Shown in pieces: positions 21,031 through 31,434 of a stretch of 64,000 bases of DNA. The stretch lies in the NCBI GenBank assembly GCA_040767195.1, contig JAXGPA010000003.1:259045-323044 (forward strand), in the 5' to 3' direction. A program made the position numbers and the translations under genes. How positions within the stretch are numbered: position 1 is the first letter of the stretch; each line of letters opens with the position of its first letter. A model generated the notes under the pieces. The model saw only the letters and a list, made by a program, of their open reading frames with translations. It had not been told where the DNA came from and did no database searches. Origin of the DNA: Syntrophales bacterium (GTDB taxonomy: Bacteria > Desulfobacterota > Syntrophia > Syntrophales > UBA6807).

Positions 21031-22746
21031 TTATCCCTCCCCTTTGAAAATCTTCCCGATCCGCTCCACCAGTTCCTCCACGGTAAAGGGCAGGCCGTCA
21101 TATCTCAAGATTTTCCCCGTCACGGGGATTCCCGTCTCCTTCTCCGCCAGGGCGGCAAACTGGCCGGTGGCGTTACCCTCTATGGAAATGACCGTTTTGG
21201 CCTTTTTCAGATACACGGCGGCGTCCGGCGAAAGCGGGTAGACCTGTGGAAAATGAAGATACGAGAGTTTTTGTCTTCCGATCAATTCCAACGCTTCCTG
21301 GATTATTTTGTCGGTGGACCCCCAGCCGATGAGCAGGGTTTCACAGGATTCGTCGCCGTGGAGCACGGGGGGAAGGGCTTCCTCCCTCAAGCGCTTTTCC
21401 TTTGAAAGCCGTTTGTCCACCATGCGGGCCCGTAGCCCGAGGTTCTCGGTGATGTGCCCTTCCTCGTCGTGCTCGTCGCTTCCCGCCACGACAAGCCCCC
21501 GTCCGAAGCCTGGGATGCCCCGGGGAGAAACGCCGTCCTCCATAAAAGCGTACCGGCGGTAGGACGGTTCCGTTTCCACGACGGACCGGACCGCCTCCAG
21601 GCCGTCCAGGGGCAGTTCGGCCGTGTTGTAGTAAGAATCCATGAAATACTGGTCCGTGAGAACGAACACCGGTACCTGGTGCCGGTCCGCCGTGTTGAAG
21701 GCGCGGGCGGTGAGAGAGACGGCCTCCTCGAGGCTCCCGGGGGCGTAGACGCAGCGGGGGAACTCACCGTGCCCGGCATAGAGGACCAGGTTCAGGTCCT
21801 CCTGCCCCGTCCGCGTGGGCAGTCCCGTCGCAGGCCCGGGGCGCTGGGCCAGGTGTACCACCAGGGGGGATTCGAGCATTCCCGCGAGGCTCAGCCCCTC
21901 CTCCATGAGGGCAAAACCACCCCCGGAGGTGGAAACGAGGGCCCGGGCGCCGGCATACCAGGCGCCCAGTGCCATGTTGATGGCCGCGATTTCGTCTTCC
22001 GCCTGCTCCACGACGATCCCGAACTCGCGGGCGTGCTGGGCCAGGAAAACCATGACCGCCGTGGACGGTGACATGGGATAGGCGGACAGGAAATCGCACC
22101 CCCCCGCCAAGGCGCCGATGCCCACGGCATCCGCCCCGTTCAGGAGAATGTCGCCTGCCGCCCGTCGATCCTTTTTCACGGGGACGGTAACCTTCCCCGA
22201 CCGGGCCAGTTCCTTTCCGGCGTCAAAACCCTTTTCGGCGGCCACGCGGTTGTTCTCGATGACCGGTCCGCTCATGCCCCCGAAAAATTCGCCGATAAAG
22301 GCGTCCAGTTCCTCTCTCGTAATGTCGAACAACCCCGCCACCACGCCCGCGGCGGTGGTGTTCCCGTAAAGGGCGCCCCCCGCCGCCTCGGCCATGGCCA
22401 CGAGTGGCACGGGATGAAATACGCCCTTACCGGCTCGCGGTTTTATGACGTCCGGGTCCCCGATGACCATCGTCCCGGCGGAAATTCTTCCATCCAGGTG
22501 GGACAGGGCCTTGTCATCGAGGGGCAGGAGAAGGTCGATCCGATCCACTGGAGCGGCCACCGGCGCGGAGGAGACCCGGATCAGGGTGGAGTTGGTGCCG
22601 CCCCGGACCCGGGACATGTATTCCTTGGTTCCGAAGATGTGGTAACCCGATTTCTTGAGAATCCGGGTCAGGATCTGCTCCACCGTCTGGATCCCCTGCC
22701 CCGCCTCGCCGCAAAGGACAATGGAAAAATCTTTCTTTTCTGTCAC
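21031..22746 (-). CDS. 2-oxoacid:ferredoxin oxidoreductase alpha subunit (gamma-alpha fusion)
   Basis: [47 protein letters not shown] start overlaps the upstream Nudix stop. Confidence 0.92.
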   Translation of the reverse strand: MTEKKDFSIVLCGEAGQGIQTVEQILTRILKKSGYHIFGTKEYMSRVRGGTNSTLIRVSSAPVAAPVDRIDLLLPLDDKALSHLDGRISAGTMVIGDPDVIKPRAGKGVFHPVPLVAMAEAAGGALYGNTTAAGVVAGLFDITREELDAFIGEFFGGMSGPVIENNRVAAEKGFDAGKELARSGKVTVPVKKDRRAAGDILLNGADAVGIGALAGGCDFLSAYPMSPSTAVMVFLAQHAREFGIVVEQAEDEIAAINMALGAWYAGARALVSTSGGGFALMEEGLSLAGMLESPLVVHLAQRPGPATGLPTRTGQEDLNLVLYAGHGEFPRCVYAPGSLEEAVSLTARAFNTADRHQVPVFVLTDQYFMDSYYNTAELPLDGLEAVRSVVETEPSYRRYAFMEDGVSPRGIPGFGRGLVVAGSDEHDEEGHITENLGLRARMVDKRLSKEKRLREEALPPVLHGDESCETLLIGWGSTDKIIQEALELIGRQKLSYLHFPQVYPLSPDAAVYLKKAKTVISIEGNATGQFAALAEKETGIPVTGKILRYDGLPFTVEELVERIGKIFKGEG

Positions 22747-23306
22747 GTCACGGGCTCCTTCCTTCGCGCCATCCTTGAGGAAATCCACCTGCCGGCGGCC
22801 TCTTTTTTCTTAAAGTAATCCTTCAGGGAATCACCGGTGCTGGTGAACGCGAGGGTGTCCCAGGGTATCTCGTCGGGGCGGAAGAGGCGAGCCTCCAGGG
22901 TTTCGTCGGCTGCCGTCAGGGCGCCCCCCGTGGCCTTGCCCTCGTAGACGACGATGACAACGGAAACGCCGGGGTAGGAGTACACGCCCACGAGATCCCC
23001 GATTGCCACTTCCAGCCCCGCCTCCTCCCGGGCCTCCCGGCGGGCCGCCCCGGCAACGGTCTCGCCGGCGTCGACAAACCCCCCGGGCAGGACCCACATC
23101 CCGAAGGACGGGGAAATCCCCCGGCGCAGGAGCACAACCCGGCCGTCCATGTCGACGATGACCGAGGCGGCCAGCTTGGGGTCGATGTAAAAAACGAACC
23201 GGCACCCGGGACAGACCAGCCTCTCCGGCTCCCCCGGCTTCAACCTCTTCACGGCGAGCTTCGCCCCGCAGCGGGGACAGAACCGGTAGTCGTCATTTCC
23301 ATGCAT
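22743..23306 (-). CDS. Nudix hydrolase with N-terminal zinc ribbon
   Basis: CPRCG...CPGC; Nudix box GGFVDAGETVAGAARREAREEAG. Confidence 0.88.
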   Translation of the reverse strand: MHGNDDYRFCPRCGAKLAVKRLKPGEPERLVCPGCRFVFYIDPKLAASVIVDMDGRVVLLRRGISPSFGMWVLPGGFVDAGETVAGAARREAREEAGLEVAIGDLVGVYSYPGVSVVIVVYEGKATGGALTAADETLEARLFRPDEIPWDTLAFTSTGDSLKDYFKKKEAAGRWISSRMARRKEPVT

Positions 23307-23847
23307 GGGAAAGGTGCTCCATGAAATAACGGTAAAAAGCCGCGATAACGAGGGAATGGGTGATCTTTCCCTCCCCGATGAGGCGGGGGACCATGTCGAC
23401 GGGAACGAGGGTCACCACGATGTCTTCACTGGCGTCCAGTTTTTGATTTCCCGCCGGGTAAGCCCCCTCGGCCAGGTACGTGAAACAGCGGTTGTTCTGG
23501 ATGGCCGGGTTGGGGTGAACGTAACCGAGAGAGCGCCAGTTTCGGGCGGCGTATCCCGTTTCCTCCAGCAGTTCCCGGCAGCCGGCCTCTCCCGGCCGGT
23601 CTCCCGCCTCGACAAGGCCGCCCGGAATTTCCAGCGTCACGTCCCGGAGGCCGTGACGGTACTGGCGGATCATGACGACCTCGCCTTCCGCCGTCACCGG
23701 TATGACGTTCACCCAGTCCGCCGATTCGAGAACGAAGAAATTGTGGGCCTCCCCCGTTCTCGGGGAAACGGCCCGGTCGGTTCGCAGGTGAAAGACACGG
23801 TAAGACGTGTCGTAGCGTGTGGAGAGAATTTTCCAGGCTTTCGGCAC
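23293..23847 (-). CDS. Nudix hydrolase (ADP-ribose pyrophosphatase-like)
   Basis: RQYRHG, LEIPGGLVEAGD..RELLEETGY, PNPA. Confidence 0.88.
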   Translation of the reverse strand: MPKAWKILSTRYDTSYRVFHLRTDRAVSPRTGEAHNFFVLESADWVNVIPVTAEGEVVMIRQYRHGLRDVTLEIPGGLVEAGDRPGEAGCRELLEETGYAARNWRSLGYVHPNPAIQNNRCFTYLAEGAYPAGNQKLDASEDIVVTLVPVDMVPRLIGEGKITHSLVIAAFYRYFMEHLSHAWK

Positions 23848-24104
23848 GAGATGCTTCCTTTCGCTTTAAAAAAGCGGCCTCCCGGGGGCCGTTCCGACAT
23901 GCCGGCTGCGGCGTTTTCTTTTTTCAGGGCCGGGACTTCGGCCCCGGGAACAACACTTTGGCTAATTATAGTGATTCCGTCGGGGAGGATCAAGAGAAAT
24001 AGGGGAACTTTCAGCGGGATATCTCTTGAAGAGGGCGAAACGCCTGTGATATAGCGAAAAAAGCGACCGGCCCGGGAAGGCCTTGGAAGGAGGGAAAACG
24101 TCAC

Positions 24105-25430
24105 ATGGAGCGCGTCGACACGGTCCTTTTGGGGGAATGGCTTCTCACCATGGACGGCCGGGACACCCGTTTCAAAAACGGCGGCATCGCCGTCCGGGGA
24201 GACCGGATCGTCGCCGTGGGACCGCGGGAGGTCATCGCCGAACGCTACGAGGGAAGGGAAACGGTGGACATGCCCCGGGGCCTCATCATGCCAGGCCTCG
24301 TCAACAGCCACACCCACGCCGCCATGACCTGCTTCCGGGGAATCGCCGACGACCTGCCCCTCATGGAATGGCTGAACGACTACATCTTCCCGGCGGAAGC
24401 GAAAAATGTGAACCCCGAGCTCGCCTACTGGGGAAGCCTCCTCGCCTGCGCCGAGATGATCCTGTCGGGAACGACCACCTTCTGCGACATGTATATCTTC
24501 GAGGCGGAAACGGCCCGGGCCGCCCGGGAAGCGGGGGCGCGGTGCCTCCTCGGCGAGGTTCTCTTCGATTTCCCGTCCCCTTCCGTGAAAACACCGAAAG
24601 AAGGCCTGGAATACACGGAACGGATGATCCGGGACTGGGCCGGGGACTCCCTGGTGAACATCGTCGTCGAACCCCACGCCCTGTACACGTGCTCTCCCGA
24701 CCTTCTCCGCGAAGCGGGAAAGCTGGCGGAAAAACACCAGGTGCCCATCGCCACGCACTTCTTGGAAACAGCGGGGGAAAAGGCGATGCTCGAGGAAAAG
24801 CTCGGCCGCAAGCCCGTTCACTACCTCCAGGAACTCGGTTACCTTCACGGCCGTTTTTTCGCGTTTCATGCCGTGGCCATGGACGAGGAGGACATCAACC
24901 TTTTCGCCCGTCACGGCTGCGGGGTGGTCCACAACCCGGAAAGCAACATGAAGCTCGCTTCCGGCGTGGCTCCCGTGTCGGCCATGCTCCGGGAAGGGGT
25001 CACCGTGGGCCTCGGCACCGACGGGTGCGCCAGCAACAACAACCTGGACATGCTCCAGGAGATGGACACGGCGGCCAAGCTGGAAAAGTGCGCCCGTCTC
25101 GACCCCACCATCCAGTCCGCCGAGACGGTGCTCCGGATGGCCACCATCGAGGGGGCGAAAGTTCTCGGTCTCGACGGCCTGACGGGTTCCCTCGAGGCAG
25201 GCAAGAAGGCCGACATCGTGGTCCTCGACATGGGCAAGCCCCACCTCACCCCCCTGTACAATCCCGTTTCCCACCTGGTCTACGCCGCTTCCGGCGCCGA
25301 CGTCGATTCCGTCTGGATCGACGGCCGAAGGGTCCTTAAAGAGAGAAAGCTCCTGACTGTGGATGTCGAAGCCGTCATGGACCGGGTCCGGCACATTTCG
25401 GAACGGATCGCCGGGAGCCTCGCCCCATGA
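24105..25430 (+). CDS. Amidohydrolase, MTA/SAH deaminase-like (paralogue 1)
   Basis: PGLVNSHTHAAM, RGIADDLPLMEWL, PHALYTC, HNPESNMKLASG, GTDGCASNN. Confidence 0.85.
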   Translation: MERVDTVLLGEWLLTMDGRDTRFKNGGIAVRGDRIVAVGPREVIAERYEGRETVDMPRGLIMPGLVNSHTHAAMTCFRGIADDLPLMEWLNDYIFPAEAKNVNPELAYWGSLLACAEMILSGTTTFCDMYIFEAETARAAREAGARCLLGEVLFDFPSPSVKTPKEGLEYTERMIRDWAGDSLVNIVVEPHALYTCSPDLLREAGKLAEKHQVPIATHFLETAGEKAMLEEKLGRKPVHYLQELGYLHGRFFAFHAVAMDEEDINLFARHGCGVVHNPESNMKLASGVAPVSAMLREGVTVGLGTDGCASNNNLDMLQEMDTAAKLEKCARLDPTIQSAETVLRMATIEGAKVLGLDGLTGSLEAGKKADIVVLDMGKPHLTPLYNPVSHLVYAASGADVDSVWIDGRRVLKERKLLTVDVEAVMDRVRHISERIAGSLAP

Positions 25431-26773
25431 AAGCGACCCCCTCCGCAGACAGGCTGGACCTGCTGATCCGGGGCGGGCTGTGCCTGACCCTGAACGCCCG
25501 GGGAGACCTGATCGAGAACGGTGAAATCGGCGTTTCCGGCGGGGAGATCCGTTTCGTCCGCCCGGCGGAGACCGGCGAAGGAACGGCGGCGGAAGAGGTT
25601 CTCTCGGCGGCGGGGTGCCTCGTCATGCCCGGTCTCGTCAACACCCACACCCACCTGCCCATGGTCTTCTTCCGGGGGCTTGCCGACGATCTCCCGCTCA
25701 TGGACTGGCTCCGCAATTACATCTTCCCCGCCGAAAACCGCCATGTGACCCGGGAACTGGTCCGAACCGGTTCGCTCCTGGCCATGGCGGAAATGATTCT
25801 CTCGGGAACGACCACCTTCTGCGACGGCTACTTCTACGAGAGCACCATCGCCGAGGCGGCCCTGGAAACGGGGATGCGAGGCATCCCCTGCCAGGGGTTC
25901 ATCGACTTCCCCACCATGGACAACCCCGACCCGACCAGAAACGTCATGATCGCCGAAAACTACGTCAAGAAGTGGCTGGGCCGGTCGCCCCTCGTCACGC
26001 CGGCCCTGTTCTGCCACGCCCCTTACACCTGCAGCCCGGAAACCCTCCGGAGCATCAAGGCGGTGGCCCGGGAGGCGGGCCTTCTCTTCCTGACCCACCT
26101 GTCGGAAACCCGGGAAGAAGTCGAAACCATCCAAAGGCAGTTCGGCCGGACCCCGGGCCGTCACCTGGAGGACCTGGAGGTCCTGGACGAAAAAACCCTG
26201 GCCGTCCACTGCAACTGGCTGGACGACGAGGAAATCCGGATTTTCGCGGACCGGGGGACGAAGGTCTCCCACAACCCGGAAAGTTCCCTCAAGCTGGCCG
26301 CCGGCATCGCCCCCGTCCCGAAGATGCTTCGGGAAGGGATCACCGTCGGGTTGGGAACGGACGGGTCGGCAAGCAACAACGATCTCGATCTTTTCGGGGA
26401 AATGGACACGGCGGCCAAGATCCACAAGGGCGTCTCACTGGACCCGACGGTCATGGACGCCGAGACGGTTTTGCGGATGGCCACCATCGAGGGGGCGAAA
26501 GCCCTCGGTCTCGACGGCCTCGTCGGCTCTCTCGAAACCGGGAAAAGGGCGGATCTTATCGTCATCGACCTTAACCGCCCCCACCACGTTCCCTGCTACA
26601 ATCCTTATTCCCAGGTGGTCTACGCCGCCCGGGGCGCCGATGTCCGGGACGCCGTCATCGACGGGAAGATCGTCATGAGAGACCGCCTTCTCCGGACCAT
26701 CGACCTGCCGCGCCTCCTCGAGGAAGCCGCGAAAACGGCCTCTTCCATCTCACCCCGGAAGGACTCCCGGTAA
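25427..26773 (+). CDS. Amidohydrolase, MTA/SAH deaminase-like (paralogue 2)
   Basis: PGLVNTHTHLPM, HAPYTC, THLSET, HNPESSLKLAAG, GTDGSASNN. Confidence 0.85.
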   Translation: MKATPSADRLDLLIRGGLCLTLNARGDLIENGEIGVSGGEIRFVRPAETGEGTAAEEVLSAAGCLVMPGLVNTHTHLPMVFFRGLADDLPLMDWLRNYIFPAENRHVTRELVRTGSLLAMAEMILSGTTTFCDGYFYESTIAEAALETGMRGIPCQGFIDFPTMDNPDPTRNVMIAENYVKKWLGRSPLVTPALFCHAPYTCSPETLRSIKAVAREAGLLFLTHLSETREEVETIQRQFGRTPGRHLEDLEVLDEKTLAVHCNWLDDEEIRIFADRGTKVSHNPESSLKLAAGIAPVPKMLREGITVGLGTDGSASNNDLDLFGEMDTAAKIHKGVSLDPTVMDAETVLRMATIEGAKALGLDGLVGSLETGKRADLIVIDLNRPHHVPCYNPYSQVVYAARGADVRDAVIDGKIVMRDRLLRTIDLPRLLEEAAKTASSISPRKDSR

Positions 26774-26869
26774 TCGCGCCGGGGCAGGACCCGGGCCTCC
26801 CTTGCGTTCGCCGGCAGCACGGGCATGGCCCGCCGCTTCAGGCGCCGTCCGCCATCTTCGAAGCCCGGT

Positions 26870-28495
26870 TCACGAGCCGGGAACCCGGATGCTCCGTATG
26901 CCGCCGGGGGCGACGGGGGCGAATTCGGGGACATTGGCGGCGTATCCCTCCTCGTTGAAGCGGGTCAGGACAACGGGGGGCGTGTCGTTTCCCTCTTCGT
27001 CCACGTGGGTGAGGAAGATTTCCGTGTAGGGCCCGTTCGCCTTGGAGCTGAACAAAAGCCACCGCCCGTTGGACGACCAGCTGTGCCACGAGTTGAAGTC
27101 CCCCCGGTTGCAGGTCATCCGCCGGGCCTCGCCTCCCGCCGCCGGGATGATCCACAGCGCGCTGTCGGGCTGGAGCATGATCCCCGTGGGGCTTTTTGTG
27201 AAGACGATCCACTTCCCGTCCGGGGAATACCGGGCGAAGTAATTGCTCATGCCGTTTTCCGACGCCCCTTCCAGGGGTTCGGCGACCCCGCCCTCACCGC
27301 CGTTGAAAGGAACCCGGTAAAGATCGAACCGCATGGGGTAAAGGGCGTTCAATTCGTGAATCGACCGCTTTTCCATCACCGTGGTCACATTCCGTAAATC
27401 CTGATGCACCTCGTTTCTCGTTTTCGCCCGGCAGAAGACGACATGCCGTTCGTCGGGGCTCCACGCGGGATTGGCCTGGACGAGGCCGTAATCGCTCGCC
27501 CCGGGGAGAAGGCGGATCGTTCGGAGCTCCCTGTCGTAAACGGCGATGACGCCATAGGTAGGAAAGAAGAGCTGGCAGTAGTCGAGATCGTCCATGACCG
27601 TGGCGAAGGAGATCTCGTTCACCGAGGCGGCGGCGTACCGGCCTGACGGGGACATGCGCCCGAAAAGCCCCCGGGTCGGGGGAAGAAGGCCTCCCCGGGG
27701 ATAATCGCTCCAGGAAAAGAAATCCTCTTTCCCGAGGACCATGTCGGGGCGGATTTCGGCGATGAACTGGGCGCCGTTGTCACCGCCCAGGTTGTATTCC
27801 ATGCTCATCCACCGCCCGTCGGCGGAAAAGGCGTGGCAGCTGGCGCAGACCCGCTGGCCCGTCATGACCGTTGCCGGCTTTTCGTAGGAGGCGATGTCGC
27901 CCAGGCGCCACCGGGTCTTTTCGAAGCTCCGGCTCGCCGCGGAAAAAGGAAGAGGGATCTGGCGGAAAAAAACGGTGTCTCCCACGGGGTCGACGGAGGT
28001 GCCGAAAGTGACGCCGCAGGCGGCGATGACGGTTCCCGGGTCCCCGTTCGAGAGGGCGCAAACGGTAAGCCATGCCGGGGCGTCCTTCGAATGGGCCTTG
28101 ATATTTTCCCAGGTCTTCCGGTCCGGCGTCCAGGACATGACATCCGTGAAAACATAGAGGGGCTTCCTTCCACCTCCGAATTGCACGGAAAGAAGCCAGC
28201 AGGAAGACCGCCCGTCGCCGTCCCGCCAGGTCACCGTCGGGGAGGCCATCTCGGCGGGGAAAAGGGACCCGTCGAAGGGATACGTCACCGAAAGAAGCCC
28301 CGACAGGGGCGTTCCTTCCTTCATGGCCGCCGTCACCCGGCACACGAGGGGTTCCAGCGCCCCGCCGCCCCGGCCCGGCCGGTCCGCCCCGCTGTCCCAG
28401 CAGGTCACGCCGGACAGGGAGCACTGGCACAGGACGAGCAGCGGGAAAAGGGCCAGGAAAGGAAAAAACCTGAAACGCGAATGCCTGTTCTTCAT
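26870..28495 (-). CDS. TolB/PD40-repeat beta-propeller envelope protein with one CxxCH motif
   Basis: Signal/lipoprotein-like N-terminus, CASCH, PD40-like repeats (PAWSPD, ARYSPDGKWIVF, SWSSNGRWLLFSSK). Confidence 0.7.
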   Translation of the reverse strand: MKNRHSRFRFFPFLALFPLLVLCQCSLSGVTCWDSGADRPGRGGGALEPLVCRVTAAMKEGTPLSGLLSVTYPFDGSLFPAEMASPTVTWRDGDGRSSCWLLSVQFGGGRKPLYVFTDVMSWTPDRKTWENIKAHSKDAPAWLTVCALSNGDPGTVIAACGVTFGTSVDPVGDTVFFRQIPLPFSAASRSFEKTRWRLGDIASYEKPATVMTGQRVCASCHAFSADGRWMSMEYNLGGDNGAQFIAEIRPDMVLGKEDFFSWSDYPRGGLLPPTRGLFGRMSPSGRYAAASVNEISFATVMDDLDYCQLFFPTYGVIAVYDRELRTIRLLPGASDYGLVQANPAWSPDERHVVFCRAKTRNEVHQDLRNVTTVMEKRSIHELNALYPMRFDLYRVPFNGGEGGVAEPLEGASENGMSNYFARYSPDGKWIVFTKSPTGIMLQPDSALWIIPAAGGEARRMTCNRGDFNSWHSWSSNGRWLLFSSKANGPYTEIFLTHVDEEGNDTPPVVLTRFNEEGYAANVPEFAPVAPGGIRSIRVPGS

Positions 28496-28562
28496 GGACG
28501 CTCTCCTGTCTTTTCTTTTACTTCCCGTCATCTTCGCCGCCGCCCCGCCGCTTCCCCCGGCT

Positions 28563-30092
28563 TCACCGGAAAGACACCGTGGCGGTTGAATCAAGCGGGC
28601 CGCCGAGGCGGAGAACGCAGTCGATGGAACGGGGAATCTCATCCTCGAAGTGGGTCACGTAAAGGAGCGTGGTCTCCCCCCGCCTTCCCGTTTCGTCGAT
28701 CAGGTCGAGGAGCGCCCGCCGATTGGGCCCGTCCAGGCCCTGGCAGGGCTCGTCCAGGATGAGGAGCTCCGGCGGCTTGACGAGGGCCCGCGCCAGGAGG
28801 ACCATCCGCCTTTCGCCGTAAGAAAGGTGAGCGAAAGGCCTGCCGGCGATATCCCCGATGCGGAAACGGTAAATCTGATCACGGACCTTTTTCTTCTCTT
28901 CCGGCGACAGGTTGCGGTACAAGCCGATGGAATCGAAGAGGCCCGACGCGACGACATGAAACGCCGTGTCCTCCCGGCGGTAACGCCCCTGGAGCTCCGA
29001 CGACACGACACCGATGCGGGCCCGGATGTCCGCCGCTGCTTCCCCTGTCCCCCGGCGGCGGCCGAAAAGGGTGATGTCGTTGCTGTAGGCCTGGAGGTTG
29101 TCCGCCGAAATCAGGCTCATGAGGGTGGATTTTCCCGAACCGTTGGGACCCAGGACAGCCCAGTTCTCGCCGGCCCTGACGGTCCAGTGGACATTTCGGA
29201 GAACCTGGACGGCCCCGTACCGGACGGACACGCCTTTCATCTCCACCAGGACAGGCCCGGTCTTGTCACGGAACGGCGCCTTTTCCGGGCTTGCCGCGGC
29301 AGGGGAAAATTCCCGCCGGCCCCCGCCGAAGAGCCTGTCGAGATTTCGAGGCGACAGGGCCGCCCGCCGCGTGCCCTGGAAGGTAACCCGGCCCTCCCGG
29401 ACACCGATGACGTGGGAAATGAACGGAAGGATTTCCTCCCGGCGGTGGGTCACCAGGATGACCTGCGTCCCTTCTTCCGCCAGGGCCTCCACGACCTGGC
29501 GGAGCTTTTCTTTCGAAGGGGCGTCCAGCCCGGCAAAAGGCTCATCGAGAACCAGGATCCGGGGGGATTTCAAAAGGGCCCGGGCGATGATGATTTTTCG
29601 GGTTTCCCCCGTCGAGAGACCGGTGAAACCCCGGTCGAGAAGGTTTTCGATGCCGAAAATCCGATCGATGCGGCGGAAGGCCTCCCGATCCATCTCGTCC
29701 TGAGACAACCCGCTTAGAATGGCTTCTCCAGCCCGGTATCCCTTCCCGGTCTTCCCGGCAAAAGCATCGGCGGCCTCCCGCCATTCCGCCTGCCCCATGA
29801 GAAAATCCTGAAGTTCGAAGGACACGTATCCGATCCCGTTCGGGCAGTTGCTTCCGTTACGACCGGTGATTTTACCCCGGACATGGGACACCCTTCCGGC
29901 GATGGCGCCCACCAGGGTCGATTTGCCGGCGCCGTTCGGCCCCAGGACGGCCCAGTGCTCTCCCGGATAAATCCGCCAGGAGGTTCCGTCCAGGAGAAAA
30001 CGGTCCCTGAGACGGAGGGTCACGTTTTCCAGCACGACAACCGGTTCGTTCCGGCCGTCCGCCGGTCTCTTCCCGGATGCAGATCGACTCAT
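28563..30092 (-). CDS. Dual-domain ABC ATPase (ModF-like)
   Basis: Two Walker A motifs (GPNGAGKST, GPNGSGKST), LSTGETRK, LSYGERR, LDEPCQGLD; no permease adjacent. Confidence 0.82.
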   Translation of the reverse strand: MSRSASGKRPADGRNEPVVVLENVTLRLRDRFLLDGTSWRIYPGEHWAVLGPNGAGKSTLVGAIAGRVSHVRGKITGRNGSNCPNGIGYVSFELQDFLMGQAEWREAADAFAGKTGKGYRAGEAILSGLSQDEMDREAFRRIDRIFGIENLLDRGFTGLSTGETRKIIIARALLKSPRILVLDEPFAGLDAPSKEKLRQVVEALAEEGTQVILVTHRREEILPFISHVIGVREGRVTFQGTRRAALSPRNLDRLFGGGRREFSPAAASPEKAPFRDKTGPVLVEMKGVSVRYGAVQVLRNVHWTVRAGENWAVLGPNGSGKSTLMSLISADNLQAYSNDITLFGRRRGTGEAAADIRARIGVVSSELQGRYRREDTAFHVVASGLFDSIGLYRNLSPEEKKKVRDQIYRFRIGDIAGRPFAHLSYGERRMVLLARALVKPPELLILDEPCQGLDGPNRRALLDLIDETGRRGETTLLYVTHFEDEIPRSIDCVLRLGGPLDSTATVSFR

Positions 30093-30187
30093 ATCCCGGT
30101 CACTCCCGCCGTTTCCCTTTGTTCCCTCGTAACGGGGTCCGCCCCCGGGAGGGAATCCACTCCCGATCCTGCCGTTGTCTTCGGTCG

Positions 30188-31171
30188 TCAAGGTTTGAAG
30201 GCCTCCACGAGGGCGTCCATCCGTTCCCCCTTCCGCAGGAGGCGGATTCCCGTGAATCCCGCCGCCTCCAGCCACGATTCGATTTCCCCGAAGGTGTAGG
30301 TCCCGCCTCCCTCGGTCCCGACGAGCATGTTGATGGCGAAAAGGGCACCGTCCTTCGGGCGGGTGCGATCCGGTTCCATGACGTGGTCCCGGATGATGAT
30401 CCGGCCGCCGCCCGCCAGGGCCCGGTAAACCTTCCCGAAGAGGCGGCGGTTTTCCTCGGGGCTGTTCTGGTGGATGATGGCGGAAAGAAGAGCCAGGTCG
30501 TGACCGCCGGGAAGTTCGTCCCGGCTGAAGTCGCCGGCGACGAGGGTCACCCGGTCGAGCAGTCCCGCCTCGGCGATCCGCTTTCGGGCCATCTCAACGA
30601 CCCCGGGCCGGTCGAAGAGCGTGGCTTTCATTTCCGGTACGGCCTGAAGGAAGGCGATGGTGTAGGTCCCCGACGCGCCGCCCACATCGAGAAGGGCTTT
30701 CGACAACCCCGGTGCGACATCTTTCGCGATTTCGGCGGCCATGGGTCCGGCGACGACATGCATGGCGCCGATGAAGGCTTCCGTTTCCTTCTTCCGGCGT
30801 TCCGGTTCTTCGGGAAGGCTTTTCCCTCCCGCGACGATGTCCGTGAGCCTGGACCACCGCCCCCACAGGTGGGCGGCGTGCAGGACCATGGGCCGGACCG
30901 AGCCGGGGTGTGAGGACGAGAGGAGCGGTAAAACAGCCGGAACGGTCCGGTAGGTTTCCCGCTCCTTGACCAGGAACCCCATGGCTGCCAGGGCGTCGAG
31001 AAGGAAGCCCAGGGCCCTTATATCGGCCCCCGTCCGCGCCGCCGCGTCCCCCGCCGACAGGGGGACATCCCCCAGGAGGGTGAAGAGATCCAGCTCGGCG
31101 GCCGTGAGGAGAACGCGGCTTTGCATGAAATCGCTTGCCAGCTTGAGAATGTCCGATGATGTTTCGCCCAT
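30188..31171 (-). CDS. SAM-dependent O-methyltransferase (dimerisation + Methyltransf_2)
   Basis: TAAELDLF, LLDVGGASG, AGDF, SAIIH, FAINMLVGT. Confidence 0.85.
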   Translation of the reverse strand: MGETSSDILKLASDFMQSRVLLTAAELDLFTLLGDVPLSAGDAAARTGADIRALGFLLDALAAMGFLVKERETYRTVPAVLPLLSSSHPGSVRPMVLHAAHLWGRWSRLTDIVAGGKSLPEEPERRKKETEAFIGAMHVVAGPMAAEIAKDVAPGLSKALLDVGGASGTYTIAFLQAVPEMKATLFDRPGVVEMARKRIAEAGLLDRVTLVAGDFSRDELPGGHDLALLSAIIHQNSPEENRRLFGKVYRALAGGGRIIIRDHVMEPDRTRPKDGALFAINMLVGTEGGGTYTFGEIESWLEAAGFTGIRLLRKGERMDALVEAFKP

Positions 31172-31355
31172 GGAATCTCCTTCCGGCGGAAAAAAGAACC
31201 TTGCTTTTTTTCTCACAGTTCCCCTTTCCGGTCAAGAACCGTGGGATCGCCGCGGCGCCGGTCCGAAGGACGCCGCGATGAAATTCAGGCAAGTTTTGAC
31301 AGGGGGAAACATCAAGGAAAAGAATGAATCCGGTGTTCCGTGAAGGCTGGGAGTC

Positions 31356-31399
31356 AACAAGGGAAAGGCGGGCGGCAGGCCGCCCGCCTTTCCCCTGTT
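31356..31399 (-). terminator. Stem-loop terminator downstream of the diheme gene
   Basis: GGGAAAGGCGGGCGG-CAGG-CCGCCCGCCTTTCCC perfect inverted repeat. Confidence 0.7.
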
Positions 31400-31434
31400 T
31401 CAATGGTGTGAACGGGACCCTGTGAGCCCCCGTG

